In this document: one piece after another, positions 1-9,729 of the stretch
Layout of the letters: each line of letters begins with the position of its first letter
Position numbering within the stretch: the stretch's first letter is position 1
Source of the DNA: a virus
Taxonomy: Duplodnaviria > Caudoviricetes
Length of the DNA stretch: 61,868 bases
IMG/VR virus record: IMGVR_UViG_3300048599_000826
Span: 1-61,868 of that record
Strand: one strand, 5' to 3'
Notes under the pieces: model-generated
What the model was told of the DNA's origin: nothing
The model's database searches: none
The model's input: the letters and a program-made list of their open reading frames with translations, nothing else
Made by a program: the position numbers and the translations under genes

Positions 1-234
1 ATGGGGTACAGCCCTCACGCGCTCCGGGAAATCGCTGCACTCGTCACTACTCTCGCTGAAGCCGTCCGCGAGCTGGAGCAGATCGCAGATGCCGCTACAA
101 GCCTGCGCCGCCTTGGCGTGATTCGGTCGTCGCGCGGACCGTTTTGCAGTGCAGAGTGCCTGGGCACCTGCGAACAGTGCCGAGCCATCGTGACATTCGA
201 ATCCGCGATCGTGAACCGAAAGGTGCCGCAATGA
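1..234 (+). CDS. phage hypothetical protein (Cys cluster; may extend left of window)
   Basis: ORF whose stop overlaps next start (ATGA). Confidence 0.5.
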   Translation: MGYSPHALREIAALVTTLAEAVRELEQIADAATSLRRLGVIRSSRGPFCSAECLGTCEQCRAIVTFESAIVNRKVPQ

Positions 235-821
235 GTATCCAGTTTCACGACGGCCCTGCACGTGGTCAGCATCTGATGTTGCGGTCCGCCCCGCTCGCGC
301 TGCGTGTCGTCGAATCCTCGCGCGGCAACTTCGACGCGCTCGACCAACCAGAGGACGTGGCGAATCCTCAGGAGAAGATCCACGTGTACCACCGCATGGG
401 CCCGGCCACGTGGATGCACATCCGCGCCGCCAAGCGGTCCGACGGCGGCCGGTTTTGGTCAGGAACGTATCGCCTGTTCGATGAGCAGCCGGCAGACGCC
501 TTGATTCGAGCGCGGCCGGACTGGCTGAACTGGCTGATTCCCCGGGAGCGGCTCTTCCGCGCGTTCGATCAATACACCCAGATGAGGTTTCTCGAACAGC
601 GGGGTTGGTGCGGTGTTGCGCCTCAGCTCTTCACCTGCGGCCTTTTCCATGGCCTGACACTGGACAGCTACGCCGGCCGCTTCTGCTACGCAAAGACGGA
701 GGAGGCGATGGAAGCATTGCGCACGTGGGACGGCAGCGGCGATCCGCCCGGCCCTTGGATCAAAGAGAAACCCAGTGATCGCCTCGGACCCGGTGCCGAC
801 GGCGTGGAGGAACAGCAATGA
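231..821 (+). CDS. phage hypothetical protein
   Basis: ATG at 231 overlaps upstream stop; ATGA overlap downstream. Confidence 0.7.
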   Translation: MSIQFHDGPARGQHLMLRSAPLALRVVESSRGNFDALDQPEDVANPQEKIHVYHRMGPATWMHIRAAKRSDGGRFWSGTYRLFDEQPADALIRARPDWLNWLIPRERLFRAFDQYTQMRFLEQRGWCGVAPQLFTCGLFHGLTLDSYAGRFCYAKTEEAMEALRTWDGSGDPPGPWIKEKPSDRLGPGADGVEEQQ

Positions 822-1099
822 ACAAGCCAATCGAACTTCAAGAACTGATCGATCGCTGCAACGAGTTCATCTGGGGCCACATGTTCACGCCGCCATATCA
901 CCTGGTGGACGGCTCGCTTCAGCATCGAGATCTCGTGCGCACGTTCTTCGCCGGCGCTCTAGAAACTCTCATGTGCAGGCTGGATGCCGCATCAATCGAA
1001 GTGCTCAAGCCTCTCTATACAGAGATGACGCAAGAAAGTTGGCGGCCCGGTACCGCATTCTTTCGGTACGCGCATCAGCAGAAGAGGGGCGGCCATTGA
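818..1099 (+). CDS. phage hypothetical protein
   Basis: Translationally coupled on both sides. Confidence 0.65.
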   Translation: MNKPIELQELIDRCNEFIWGHMFTPPYHLVDGSLQHRDLVRTFFAGALETLMCRLDAASIEVLKPLYTEMTQESWRPGTAFFRYAHQQKRGGH

Positions 1100-2766
1100 G
1101 CAAACCGAAACAGATGATCGATCTCGGCTACGAAGTCGGCACCGGCGAGCTCGTGCGGATCCCGCTCGCGCACACGTTCGTCACTGGCCAGACCCAGCAG
1201 AGCGGCAAGACCACCACGCTGCGCGCGATCGTCGAGCGGTCCGGCAGTCGCGCGCTCGCGTTTGTGACCAAGCGCGGCGAGACCTTTGACGGCCGCCGGA
1301 TCCGCCCGTTCCTGCCGCGCGAGGGTGAGAAGCCGATCCATTGGCGTCTGGTCGAGACGATCATCGCCAGCGCCCTCGGGCAACGCGCAATGAAGTATGA
1401 ACGGTTTCAGATCATGAACGCCGCGCGTGGCGCGATGTCGCTGGCCGATGTCCGGCGCAACGCCAGCCGGCTCCAGGAGAAGGCGAAGGGCTCGGCGGCG
1501 GAGATCTACGAGCTGCTCGGCGAATACCTCGACCTGGTGCTGCCGGAGATGCAGGCGCTGAACGCGGCCGAGCGGCTCGATCTGCAGCCGGGCCTGAACG
1601 TGATGGATCTGGCCGACGTCGGCCCGCAGCTGCAGGCGATGGTGATTCGCGCCGCGCTCGAGCACATCAACGGGCACGAAACCGGCGTGCTCACCGTCTT
1701 TCCCGAGGCGTGGGAGTTCGCGCCTCGCGCGGGCAACACGCCGGCGAAGGACCAGGCGATCGCCATGGCCCGCAAGGGAGCGGTGCTGAGGAACTTCCTG
1801 CTCTGCGACAGCCAGGACATTTCCGGAGTGGACACGGTCCTGCGCCAGGCGGCCAGCGTGTGGATCATCGGCGTGCAGCGCGAAGCCAACGAGCTCAAGC
1901 GCACGCTCGCCGTCGTGAAGTCCAGCGGCGTGAAGGTGCCGAAGCCGGCCGAGGTGGCCACGCTGCAGATCGGCCAGTTCTTCGTCTGCTTCGGATCCAC
2001 CGCGATCAAGACCTATGTGCGGCCGCCGTGGCTCAGTGAACAGGGCGCGCGTGGGCACGCGATTGGAGGAGGGCCGGTGCCACCTTTGCCGCCGGCTAGT
2101 GCAACGCCGCGCAAGCCTCGGGATCCAACCGGTGTTGAACGCGAAACCCTTTACGACAACCCGCTGCCGGCGACGGCTCCAACCCGCGTATGGAAGGACA
2201 TTGCCGAAGTCCGGGCCGCAGAGGCGAGATATCTCCAAGAAAGCGAGGAACCCGAATTGAGCGCCAATGTTGAGAAGAAACTTGATGCCCTGCTCGACTA
2301 CTTCAAGCAGCTGGTTACAGCGAGCCCACCACCGTTGCCGCCTCCGCGGACTACACCGGTGTCTTCATCCCAGAGCGAACAGACTACACACGTGTCGTCC
2401 GCCCCGATCGACGAAGAACAACTCTATCAGCGGATCAAGGCGCGGCTCACGGCCGAGGCGCCGGCGCTGATCAAGCTGCTGGTCGAAACGCCGGAGATCT
2501 CCGTCAAGGTCGAACGAACCACGATCGAGGCCGATGGGAAATCACTCTTCGGCCGCATCGCGTTGCTGGTGCGTAACGGCTTTCTGGATCAGCCGGTGAC
2601 CAATTCGGTGATCGCGAAGGAGCTCGGCCGCATCGGTGCGCAAACGCATCCGGCGCGCACGAAGGAAGCGCTCGCGAAGCTGCAACAACTCGGCTTCGTA
2701 ACCAGCGAGGGCGACGGCTATCAGGCAGTGAATGCCGCGAAGAAGCGCATCACGGAGGCTGGCTGA
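1096..2766 (+). CDS. HerA/FtsK-like P-loop ATPase with C-terminal winged helix
   Basis: Walker A variant HTFVTGQTQQSGKTT, Walker B-like TVFPEAWEFAP, ARKG..SQ motif; TTG start overlaps upstream stop. Confidence 0.75.
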   Translation: MSKPKQMIDLGYEVGTGELVRIPLAHTFVTGQTQQSGKTTTLRAIVERSGSRALAFVTKRGETFDGRRIRPFLPREGEKPIHWRLVETIIASALGQRAMKYERFQIMNAARGAMSLADVRRNASRLQEKAKGSAAEIYELLGEYLDLVLPEMQALNAAERLDLQPGLNVMDLADVGPQLQAMVIRAALEHINGHETGVLTVFPEAWEFAPRAGNTPAKDQAIAMARKGAVLRNFLLCDSQDISGVDTVLRQAASVWIIGVQREANELKRTLAVVKSSGVKVPKPAEVATLQIGQFFVCFGSTAIKTYVRPPWLSEQGARGHAIGGGPVPPLPPASATPRKPRDPTGVERETLYDNPLPATAPTRVWKDIAEVRAAEARYLQESEEPELSANVEKKLDALLDYFKQLVTASPPPLPPPRTTPVSSSQSEQTTHVSSAPIDEEQLYQRIKARLTAEAPALIKLLVETPEISVKVERTTIEADGKSLFGRIALLVRNGFLDQPVTNSVIAKELGRIGAQTHPARTKEALAKLQQLGFVTSEGDGYQAVNAAKKRITEAG

Positions 2767-3035
2767 TGAAGTGGACGCCGGAACAACTCGATGCGCACAA
2801 CCAGCGCCGGCGGGCTCGGCTGGAGCGGATCGCGCCGCACTTTCGATTTTACGAATGGATCGACGGCGCGTGGCGTCCGTGCGACGCGCACGCATGGGCA
2901 TGGGCTCGTTTCTGCCTGCGCGTGCGGATCCACTTGGCTGAGCTCGAAAGCGGTGGAGTCGCCGACGATCGTGTCTGCATGCGCGTGAGCGTCTACTCGA
3001 TGTTCATGCCACATCAGAAAGGAGCGGCTGCATGA
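2766..3035 (+). CDS. phage hypothetical protein
   Basis: Coupled ORF in operon. Confidence 0.55.
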   Translation: MKWTPEQLDAHNQRRRARLERIAPHFRFYEWIDGAWRPCDAHAWAWARFCLRVRIHLAELESGGVADDRVCMRVSVYSMFMPHQKGAAA

Positions 3036-3457
3036 TCCGCGGCCAGCCCGTCATCGTCGAACGCGTCGGCAACTACTACGTCCAGGAGTGCGACGAGTTC
3101 TACCGCGCGTATTCCGGCTACACGTACATCGTCTGCCATCAACCGCCGACGCTCTGCCGGCCGAAACAGTTGGCGGGGTTTCCGGCCGGCGGACGCGACC
3201 AGGCCATCGAACACATGCGCGTGTTGGCGGTGAGGGGTGTGGAGGATCGACGCTTCGCCGGCACGAAGCGTCGAATTGAAGCACGCATCAAGGCCGGCGA
3301 GATGCCCTGCCCTCATGACGACAACGCGCTCGCGATGCAGCTGATGAAGGACGGCTATCGCATGGTTCGTTCCGATCGCGCCTACCGCTGGTTCGCGCGC
3401 CCCAAACCACCAAAGAAACCTCAACCAACGCTGTTTGACGGGACACCCGGAAGATGA
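3032..3457 (+). CDS. phage hypothetical protein
   Basis: AAAGGAG RBS, ATGA overlaps. Confidence 0.65.
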   Translation: MIRGQPVIVERVGNYYVQECDEFYRAYSGYTYIVCHQPPTLCRPKQLAGFPAGGRDQAIEHMRVLAVRGVEDRRFAGTKRRIEARIKAGEMPCPHDDNALAMQLMKDGYRMVRSDRAYRWFARPKPPKKPQPTLFDGTPGR

Positions 3458-4572
3458 AGAGCGAGCTCAAATCCAACCCAAAGTTCAAGCGCCTCTGCAG
3501 GCTGGTCCGGCTGCCGGCTCCGTACGTCGCCGGTCTGCTCGAGTTCCTCTGGCAGGTTGGGTACGAGCAGGCGAACGACGTCATCGGCGATGCAATCGAC
3601 GTGGAGGTCGCATCCGAATGGACAGGCGAGCCAGGTGAGTGGACGAAGCTGCTGCTGAGCGAACGGTGGATCGACGAGCCTGAACCCGGCCGGTTCCAGA
3701 TCCATCATTTCTGGGATCACGCGCCGCAGTACGTGGATCGAAAGCGTGCGCGCCGAGTGGAAAAGGAGGCCCGTTCAGACATGACTAGCCATCGGCTAGC
3801 CAGTGGTGACATATACCCAACCCAACCCAACCCAACCCAACCAACCCCCCAGCCCCCGCACGCTCCGCGTGCTGAGTCGCCGCCGGAAGGCAGCCTCAGG
3901 GGCGGGGAGCCCGTGGTGCCGAAACGCACTGCGGACGCGGCACCGGAACGTGCTGCCCATCGCCCGTCGCTGCAAAGCGGCGAGCCCGTGACGCCGGGAG
4001 GCGTTGCGGACGCGACGCTGCGAAGTGCCGCTGACGCGCCGCCGAAAGCCGGCGCTGCCGAACCGCCCGGGTTTGCGAGGTTCTGGGAGGCGTATCCGCC
4101 GATCCGCAGGTCGGCGCGGTCGAAGTGCCTGCGGCTCTGGCAACGCGCCAAGCTCGAGTCGAAAGCCGACGAGATCCAGGCCGGGCTTGCGCGGTGGAAA
4201 GCGTCACGCGACTGGGCGAAGGAAGGCGGGCAGTTCATTCCTGGGCCCGAGCCGTTTTTGAACAAGGAGTACTGGCTTGCCATGCCGAAAGCGATGAGCG
4301 GCGGCGGGTCGGCTGCCGGCGTCGAGAAGACGCGCCAGCTGCTGGCCGAGCAGGCGTCCACGCAACGCCATGTCGATGAGCGCGTGTGGGAACGCGATCG
4401 CGTTCTCGCGACGCTCAGCCGTCATGAGCTCGACGATCTCGCGCGTGAGCTCATCAAGAAGCTGGGCCGCATGGGTGAAACGTTCGTCGGCAAGGACCCG
4501 CGGACGTACGAGCCGCTGCGGTGGAAAATCTACGAGTTGTTGAAAACTAAAGTGCCGGCGGTGACCGGCTAG
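3454..4572 (+). CDS. phage replication initiator/replisome organiser-like protein
   Basis: N-terminal wHTH-like region, PTQPNPTQP linker, C-terminal FARFWEAYP...FIPGPEPFLN motif typical of phage replication proteins. Confidence 0.75.
   Translation: MKSELKSNPKFKRLCRLVRLPAPYVAGLLEFLWQVGYEQANDVIGDAIDVEVASEWTGEPGEWTKLLLSERWIDEPEPGRFQIHHFWDHAPQYVDRKRARRVEKEARSDMTSHRLASGDIYPTQPNPTQPTPQPPHAPRAESPPEGSLRGGEPVVPKRTADAAPERAAHRPSLQSGEPVTPGGVADATLRSAADAPPKAGAAEPPGFARFWEAYPPIRRSARSKCLRLWQRAKLESKADEIQAGLARWKASRDWAKEGGQFIPGPEPFLNKEYWLAMPKAMSGGGSAAGVEKTRQLLAEQASTQRHVDERVWERDRVLATLSRHELDDLARELIKKLGRMGETFVGKDPRTYEPLRWKIYELLKTKVPAVTG
3816..3844 (+). repeat. (CCCAA)5 tandem repeat inside replication gene
   Basis: Five perfect CCCAA units followed by CCAA. 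Confidence 0.9.
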
Positions 4573-4582
4573 AAGGGTCAAG

Positions 4583-4858
4583 GTGCAAGTGATGGCGAAG
4601 CGAATAATCCCAGCTGACGTCGACGGCGATCCACCATGGAACGCTTCGAGCTTCCGAGGCTTCAAGATGCACATCATCGACGTTGTAGCCGGCGGACGCG
4701 TTGTGCTCTGCCGGGCCGATGTCCCGATCGAACGGTCGGGGCCGCCAGCGAAGGAACTGGATCATTACAACGCTTGCTTGAAGTGCGTCCGCTATTGGCA
4801 ACGGAGCGAGAGAGCCTCAGAGAGTCGAAGGAGTGCGTCAGCCCTTACGCAGAAATGA
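4583..4858 (+). CDS. hypothetical protein (CxxC)
   Basis: ORF in operon; start uncertain. Confidence 0.45.
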   Translation: MQVMAKRIIPADVDGDPPWNASSFRGFKMHIIDVVAGGRVVLCRADVPIERSGPPAKELDHYNACLKCVRYWQRSERASESRRSASALTQK

Positions 4859-4895
4859 CACCAGCAGCGAATGAATCCGCTGTTAAAATGCCGGC

Positions 4896-5618
4896 ATGAC
4901 AACAGGGAAGGTCAAGGCGCGCGCACGGACGCGCCCCGCAGATAGTGCGAAGGAAGCGTACGGCCGCTGGGGTTTGACCAGGGATGCGCGCGACGGACCG
5001 TCGCGCCTGCTCCGCGGCGGCCGTAAACGGGTGCCGGCGTACACTGCAGAGGATCACGAGCGGGACATCAAAGACGGTGTCGCCCTGCTGCCGCGCCTTG
5101 CCTACTCGTGCCCGCGCGATCGGCCCGAGCGCAACTGCCGTGGCCCATTCGAAGTGCCGGCGTCATACCTGGTCCAGTGGCATCAGCGCCTTGTGCACGA
5201 ACCGCGCAAGCCGACGGCGAAGCATCCCAACCCACTGCCCCGCCGCGAAACCACCCTCTCCAAGTTCATCTGCTTCGACTGCTACCTATGGCTCTTCCAG
5301 GTCGATCGATGGCGCTTCGCCGCCGAGCATGGTCAGTACGAGCTCGAGACCGCCTCCCTTGAATGCGCCGTCGTGAAGGACACGAACAAGCTGGCCGACA
5401 TCGCGGCCGTCGTCGCGCACCAGGTGGAGATGTTCGACCGCGAGGCGCGCGAGCTGGATGAGCTGACCGGCGGCCTGGATGACGAGGTGATTCCCTTCAC
5501 TCGCGTACACGTTGCGGAAGACGGTTCGATGAAGTCTGAGCGCTACGAGCAGGCGAACCTGCTGGCAAAGGTTCGACATTGCCTTGCCGCGTACGCCCGT
5601 GTCACTGGCTTGCTATAG
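4896..5618 (+). CDS. hypothetical protein with probable Zn ligands (late-regulator position)
   Basis: CPRD..NC and CFDC; strong GC3 bias. Confidence 0.65.
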   Translation: MTTGKVKARARTRPADSAKEAYGRWGLTRDARDGPSRLLRGGRKRVPAYTAEDHERDIKDGVALLPRLAYSCPRDRPERNCRGPFEVPASYLVQWHQRLVHEPRKPTAKHPNPLPRRETTLSKFICFDCYLWLFQVDRWRFAAEHGQYELETASLECAVVKDTNKLADIAAVVAHQVEMFDREARELDELTGGLDDEVIPFTRVHVAEDGSMKSERYEQANLLAKVRHCLAAYARVTGLL

Positions 5619-5722
5619 ATCCCTCGTTTTCAGGCCTTAAAACCGCGACTATCCGGGTGCTGCCTATGCGCATTTAGGGGACTGTGCGCATTTCCCAGGG
5701 TTAAGAGAGAGGGACCCACTTT

Positions 5723-5917
5723 TTGTCACCGCGCACGAAGCAAGCCCTGGACCTGTTCCGCGACGGGAAGGATGTGCGTGTGATCGCCGAGTTGATGGGC
5801 GTCAAGACAAGGCGCCTCCAGGTCCTGCTCCGCCAGGCCGGCATCAGGCGACGGGTCGGCCGGCCCAGTAATCGCAAGCTCGAGTTCGCCAGCGGTGCCC
5901 GTTGCGGCATGTTCTGA
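5723..5917 (+). CDS. small HTH protein
   Basis: GKDVRVIAELMGVKTRRLQVLL HTH pattern. Confidence 0.6.
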   Translation: MSPRTKQALDLFRDGKDVRVIAELMGVKTRRLQVLLRQAGIRRRVGRPSNRKLEFASGARCGMF

Positions 5918-5926
5918 AAGCCAACC

Positions 5927-6253
5927 GTGGACAAGATGATCCCCGACGACCGCATGGAACTGCTCATGCGGCTCTCGCCCGTTGTGCCCATCGATGTCGA
6001 CGTCCTGGTCCGAGGCCTCGGCTGGGTCACGACATCAGAGCGTCCGGACTGGGAACGCTATCACCGCGCGACACATGCGATCGCCGAGATGGATATCGCA
6101 CTGCGCACCAACCCGACCGGCGACACCCTCATCATCCACCGCGACTCGTGGCCGAAGGCTCAGGACCGAGCCAACTCCTATTACGAACTCATGTACCCCT
6201 TCACCCCGCGCGAGGCCTCGCCTCCGCAAAGGAGCTCCGAATGCGCCGCCTGA
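5927..6253 (+). CDS. hypothetical protein
   Basis: ORF with coding-like bias. Confidence 0.55.
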   Translation: MDKMIPDDRMELLMRLSPVVPIDVDVLVRGLGWVTTSERPDWERYHRATHAIAEMDIALRTNPTGDTLIIHRDSWPKAQDRANSYYELMYPFTPREASPPQRSSECAA

Positions 6254-6666
6254 ACTTTGTCTTCTCTCTCGCCATCGCCCTGCTCATGCTCGCTTCGCCT
6301 GGCTGTGCTCTCTTTCATCCGGCTCCCGATCGCGCACCGCGAGATGTGATCGCCGACGCCGAACGATCGGTGCAGCGGCTCACGGGTCTGGTGACGGCGC
6401 TGTCGCCGCTGATCGAAGATACGACCGTGCGTGAAGCCCTCGCCGTCGCTCTCGACGAAGCCAACGATGCCGTCGCCGATGCTCACGAGCGCGAGGCCCG
6501 CGGTGAGGCGCTCGATGATCGCTACCTGGAGGATCGTGTCTGGTCCGTCATCAACCGCGCCATCACGCTCTACACGCAGCACAAGCTCGAGGCGGACCGG
6601 AAGGCCGCTGAGAAAGCCTCGGTGTCAAGCGCGCATCCGGCCGTGTCCAATCAACCGGTGCCCTGA
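6241..6666 (+). CDS. lipoprotein (possible spanin-like lysis accessory)
   Basis: AAAGGAG RBS; signal peptide with lipobox-like SPGC, helical body. Confidence 0.65.
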   Translation: MRRLNFVFSLAIALLMLASPGCALFHPAPDRAPRDVIADAERSVQRLTGLVTALSPLIEDTTVREALAVALDEANDAVADAHEREARGEALDDRYLEDRVWSVINRAITLYTQHKLEADRKAAEKASVSSAHPAVSNQPVP

Positions 6667-6857
6667 TGCCGATTCCGATCGACCCTGTCGCCGTCATCGC
6701 GTTGCTGAACATCGCCGACCAGATCTACCGCGAGGCGACGCGCAAGCCCGAGCCGAAAACGACGCCCGAGGAAGCCGAGCTACTTCGGGCACTGACTGAA
6801 ATGCAGGTGGCTGGCGCTCAGTACATCCTGCGAAACCCTCCACAGAAGGCATCATGA
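6666..6857 (+). CDS. small hypothetical protein
   Basis: Coupled overlaps both sides. Confidence 0.6.
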   Translation: MPIPIDPVAVIALLNIADQIYREATRKPEPKTTPEEAELLRALTEMQVAGAQYILRNPPQKAS

Positions 6858-7279
6858 GCGCTACACAAACCATCGGCGGCCTCGGCGCTTCTCTCATGAC
6901 CAGCTACCTGGCCACCACAACGCAGCCGGTGTTTGGCATGGACCCATCCATCGCACTTGCAGGCTTTATCGGATCGGCCATCTCCATCCTGATGCAGAAG
7001 AGCCTGGCGACCCGTGAGACATTGCTGATCGCCGTCTGCGGCACTGCCTGCAGCGTGTACGGCACAAGCCTGGTCGCAAGGTGGATGGGCGTCGAAGGTG
7101 ATGCCCTGGGCACGATCGGTTTGCTGCTGGGCGTGCTCGGCATCTACATCTTTCGCCGAATCTCTGACATCGCGCAGGATCCTCAGCACATCATCGACGC
7201 GATCCGCAGCGGCAAGTGGTTTGATTTGCTCAAGACGCAGCCACGTGTCGAACCCCCTGTTGTCCCGCCCACCCTCTAA
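6854..7279 (+). CDS. putative holin
   Basis: 141 aa, 3-4 hydrophobic segments, charged/Pro-rich C-terminus. Confidence 0.6.
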   Translation: MSATQTIGGLGASLMTSYLATTTQPVFGMDPSIALAGFIGSAISILMQKSLATRETLLIAVCGTACSVYGTSLVARWMGVEGDALGTIGLLLGVLGIYIFRRISDIAQDPQHIIDAIRSGKWFDLLKTQPRVEPPVVPPTL

Positions 7280-7282
7280 ACC

Positions 7283-8680
7283 ATGAAGTTCAAACCCTTC
7301 CTCCTCGTCGCGACACTGTTCGCGGTTGTTTCTGTTGCGCTGGCCGGCCCGATCGACGATCGCCTGGACGCGATCAACCGGGAAGTGGCGGCGATCCGCG
7401 CCATTCTCAACCCGCCGGCGACTCCGCCGGCAACGCAACCCGCCACACAGCCGACGCTCCAGCCGGTTCGCGCCGACAACATCCAAGCTGTGCAGGCGGC
7501 GATCAACGCCGGCGCGAAGTGGATCCAGACCGCGGGTTTCGATCTGACGGGTGAACTCGACGGCCGCGACGCGCTGATCGAACTGCTGCCGGGCGGCCCG
7601 AACTGGAAGCCGGCGATTCAGGTCTTCGGCAACTCGAGGCTCTCCAACGTCAGGATCAAGACGCCTCCCTCGACGTTCAACGCGAAGGGCGAACGTACCG
7701 GCTTCTGGAAGGCGATTCAGCTCAGTTCCCGGACTGCGACCCTCGAAAACGTAACGTTCGCGCCCGATACAGGTTTCTGCCTGCACGTCAGCAGCGGCGA
7801 CACGGAACTGATCAACGTCAATGCCACGACGTTCAGCGAGTATTTCGTGTACCAGGAAGCGGGCAGTTACGTTCGATCGCGGCGATGCAAAGTCGTCGGC
7901 GGATCCAAAGCCGAGAGCGTTTATCGAACCAGTGGCGGTCGCTTCCTGCTCGAGGAATGCCTGTTCGACAACAGCCAGGGCGGCAAGGCCGCGCTGCGTG
8001 GTGACTGCCCTGCATGGCCTGACGGCTCCCCTGGCGGCGTGGTGCGCAACAGCACCTTCATTGGACAGGTCGGGCTCAACCCGCTCACTGAAGACGATGG
8101 CGGCCAGGCGATAGGCATCGACCGCTGGCGCATCGACGGCCAGTGGCTCTATCAGCTTGACGGCGGGATGAAGGCAGAGGCGGTTTCGTTCGCACAGGCG
8201 CAGCGTGCTCGAGGCTTCACGCCCTGGGACATCGTTCGCTCGGCCGCGGACAAGTTCATCAAGCCCGCCGAACTCAAGAAGCTGACCGGCCGCGAACGCC
8301 TCACCGACAAAGAAATTGATCTGACCATGGCGTTTCGCGCGTCCGAGCTCGGCCGCAAAGCCGTCTTCCTGATCGAGGACAGCACGATCCGCGGAGATCT
8401 GCGTCTCAACGCTCGATCGGTCGGAACGATCCGCCGCGCCAGCATCATCGCAGGCGCCACCACGCCGATCAGTGGCGCCAGTCAGACCACCTATCCATGG
8501 CCGCTCGATCGCGTCCTCTCGGCCGCCGAGGTTCAGCCGGCGCCGGTAGTGAACTTCGACCTGGTCACGATCGACGGCGGTCAATCGATCGGCATCGACC
8601 TCAAGGCGTATCCCGGTCTGAAGTTCAACGCGTCGACCTACAAGGGCACGGCGATCATCGAAGCGGCGCGCAACAACTGA
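7283..8680 (+). CDS. secreted protein, probable right-handed beta-helix
   Basis: Sec signal peptide, PATQPATQP linker, repeated short beta motifs (LENVTF, LEECLF, VRNSTF, IEDSTI). Confidence 0.7.
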   Translation: MKFKPFLLVATLFAVVSVALAGPIDDRLDAINREVAAIRAILNPPATPPATQPATQPTLQPVRADNIQAVQAAINAGAKWIQTAGFDLTGELDGRDALIELLPGGPNWKPAIQVFGNSRLSNVRIKTPPSTFNAKGERTGFWKAIQLSSRTATLENVTFAPDTGFCLHVSSGDTELINVNATTFSEYFVYQEAGSYVRSRRCKVVGGSKAESVYRTSGGRFLLEECLFDNSQGGKAALRGDCPAWPDGSPGGVVRNSTFIGQVGLNPLTEDDGGQAIGIDRWRIDGQWLYQLDGGMKAEAVSFAQAQRARGFTPWDIVRSAADKFIKPAELKKLTGRERLTDKEIDLTMAFRASELGRKAVFLIEDSTIRGDLRLNARSVGTIRRASIIAGATTPISGASQTTYPWPLDRVLSAAEVQPAPVVNFDLVTIDGGQSIGIDLKAYPGLKFNASTYKGTAIIEAARNN

Positions 8681-8886
8681 GGACATCCAATGGCATCCAG
8701 GCATGGCGGCACATCCGAGAGCGTGAACAGAAACTCTCAGACGCCGCGCCGGCTCGACAACACGTTGCCGGGCGAGATCGACGCATCACAACCGCGATAC
8801 GACCCGTGCATCGGGCGTTGGATCGTCCAGCGGCCCGGCGTTCCGGGGTTTGAGTTGCATGAACCCAAGGCGGAGGTATCAGAACG

Positions 8887-9729
8887 ATGATTCACCAGGC
8901 ATTTCGGAAGCCGGCGTTCCTCGCCAACGGCACCACCTACAACCTGCCCGACATGGTGCGAGTCCACATCGATGGCGGGCTGCGCTACAAGGTCAACGGC
9001 CGTGAGTACAGCGCATGGGAAGGCGGTTACGACGGCCCGAACGGACCGAAAGACTGGAAGACGCGCTGGCAAGCGTGGGATCCGACCCGGCTCGATCGCT
9101 TTTCCGATTCGATCACCGCGCCATACTTCGCGCTCAACGTCGAACACTACGGGCTCAATGGGCTCTCACGGCTCGTCGACATCATCGAACACATCCGCCG
9201 GCGACGGCCTGATGTGGCGATCGGCGTATGGTCCCTGCTGCCGAAGTCACTCTTCTGGCCGGTCTATGACTACTCGCAATGGCTCGACTACAAGGCGGGC
9301 CGTCCGCACCTGCAGCAAACCGACAAGTGGTGGGCAATCGTCGGACCTGATCGTGAGGTCGCCTTCCGTGCATGGCAGGCGGAGAACGACTTCGCTGCTC
9401 GAAAGCTTGTGCCCCACGTCGATTATCTCATGCCATCCTGCTACCCGGTGATCGAACCCACGCAGGAGCTGATGTGGACAGCGGCCCGTGAGCCTGAGTT
9501 GTCGATCGCCGAGTGTCGACGCGTCGCGCCTCACCTGCCGGTGATCGCCAGCTACTACGCCTACATCTCTTCGGCTCAGCGTGTCGCGTCGCCGCTGCTC
9601 ACCAAGACCATCCTTGACGCGATGAGAGCCGCGGACCACCGCGTGATCTGGGGCGACCAGAACACGCCGCAAGCGGTTGTCGCTGATGCCGTCGCCGCTC
9701 AAACCGCTCAGTCCACTTCGGAGTCCTAA
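8887..9729 (+). CDS. hypothetical protein, possibly glycoside-hydrolase TIM barrel
   Basis: GGAGG RBS; FALNVEHY and HVDYLMPSCY motifs reminiscent of GH barrels. Confidence 0.6.
   Translation: MIHQAFRKPAFLANGTTYNLPDMVRVHIDGGLRYKVNGREYSAWEGGYDGPNGPKDWKTRWQAWDPTRLDRFSDSITAPYFALNVEHYGLNGLSRLVDIIEHIRRRRPDVAIGVWSLLPKSLFWPVYDYSQWLDYKAGRPHLQQTDKWWAIVGPDREVAFRAWQAENDFAARKLVPHVDYLMPSCYPVIEPTQELMWTAAREPELSIAECRRVAPHLPVIASYYAYISSAQRVASPLLTKTILDAMRAADHRVIWGDQNTPQAVVADAVAAQTAQSTSES

Noticed and set aside
6818-8704. 628-aa minus-strand ORF and similar long antisense ORFs (e.g. 19804-20841, 30603-31847, 40440-41960)
   Set aside because: Shadow frames of GC-rich genes with no motifs; the opposite strand carries coherent coupled genes.
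8690-8890. 66-aa ORF between the beta-helix and GH-like genes
   Set aside because: Plausible spacing, but no motif or strong RBS; not supported enough to list.
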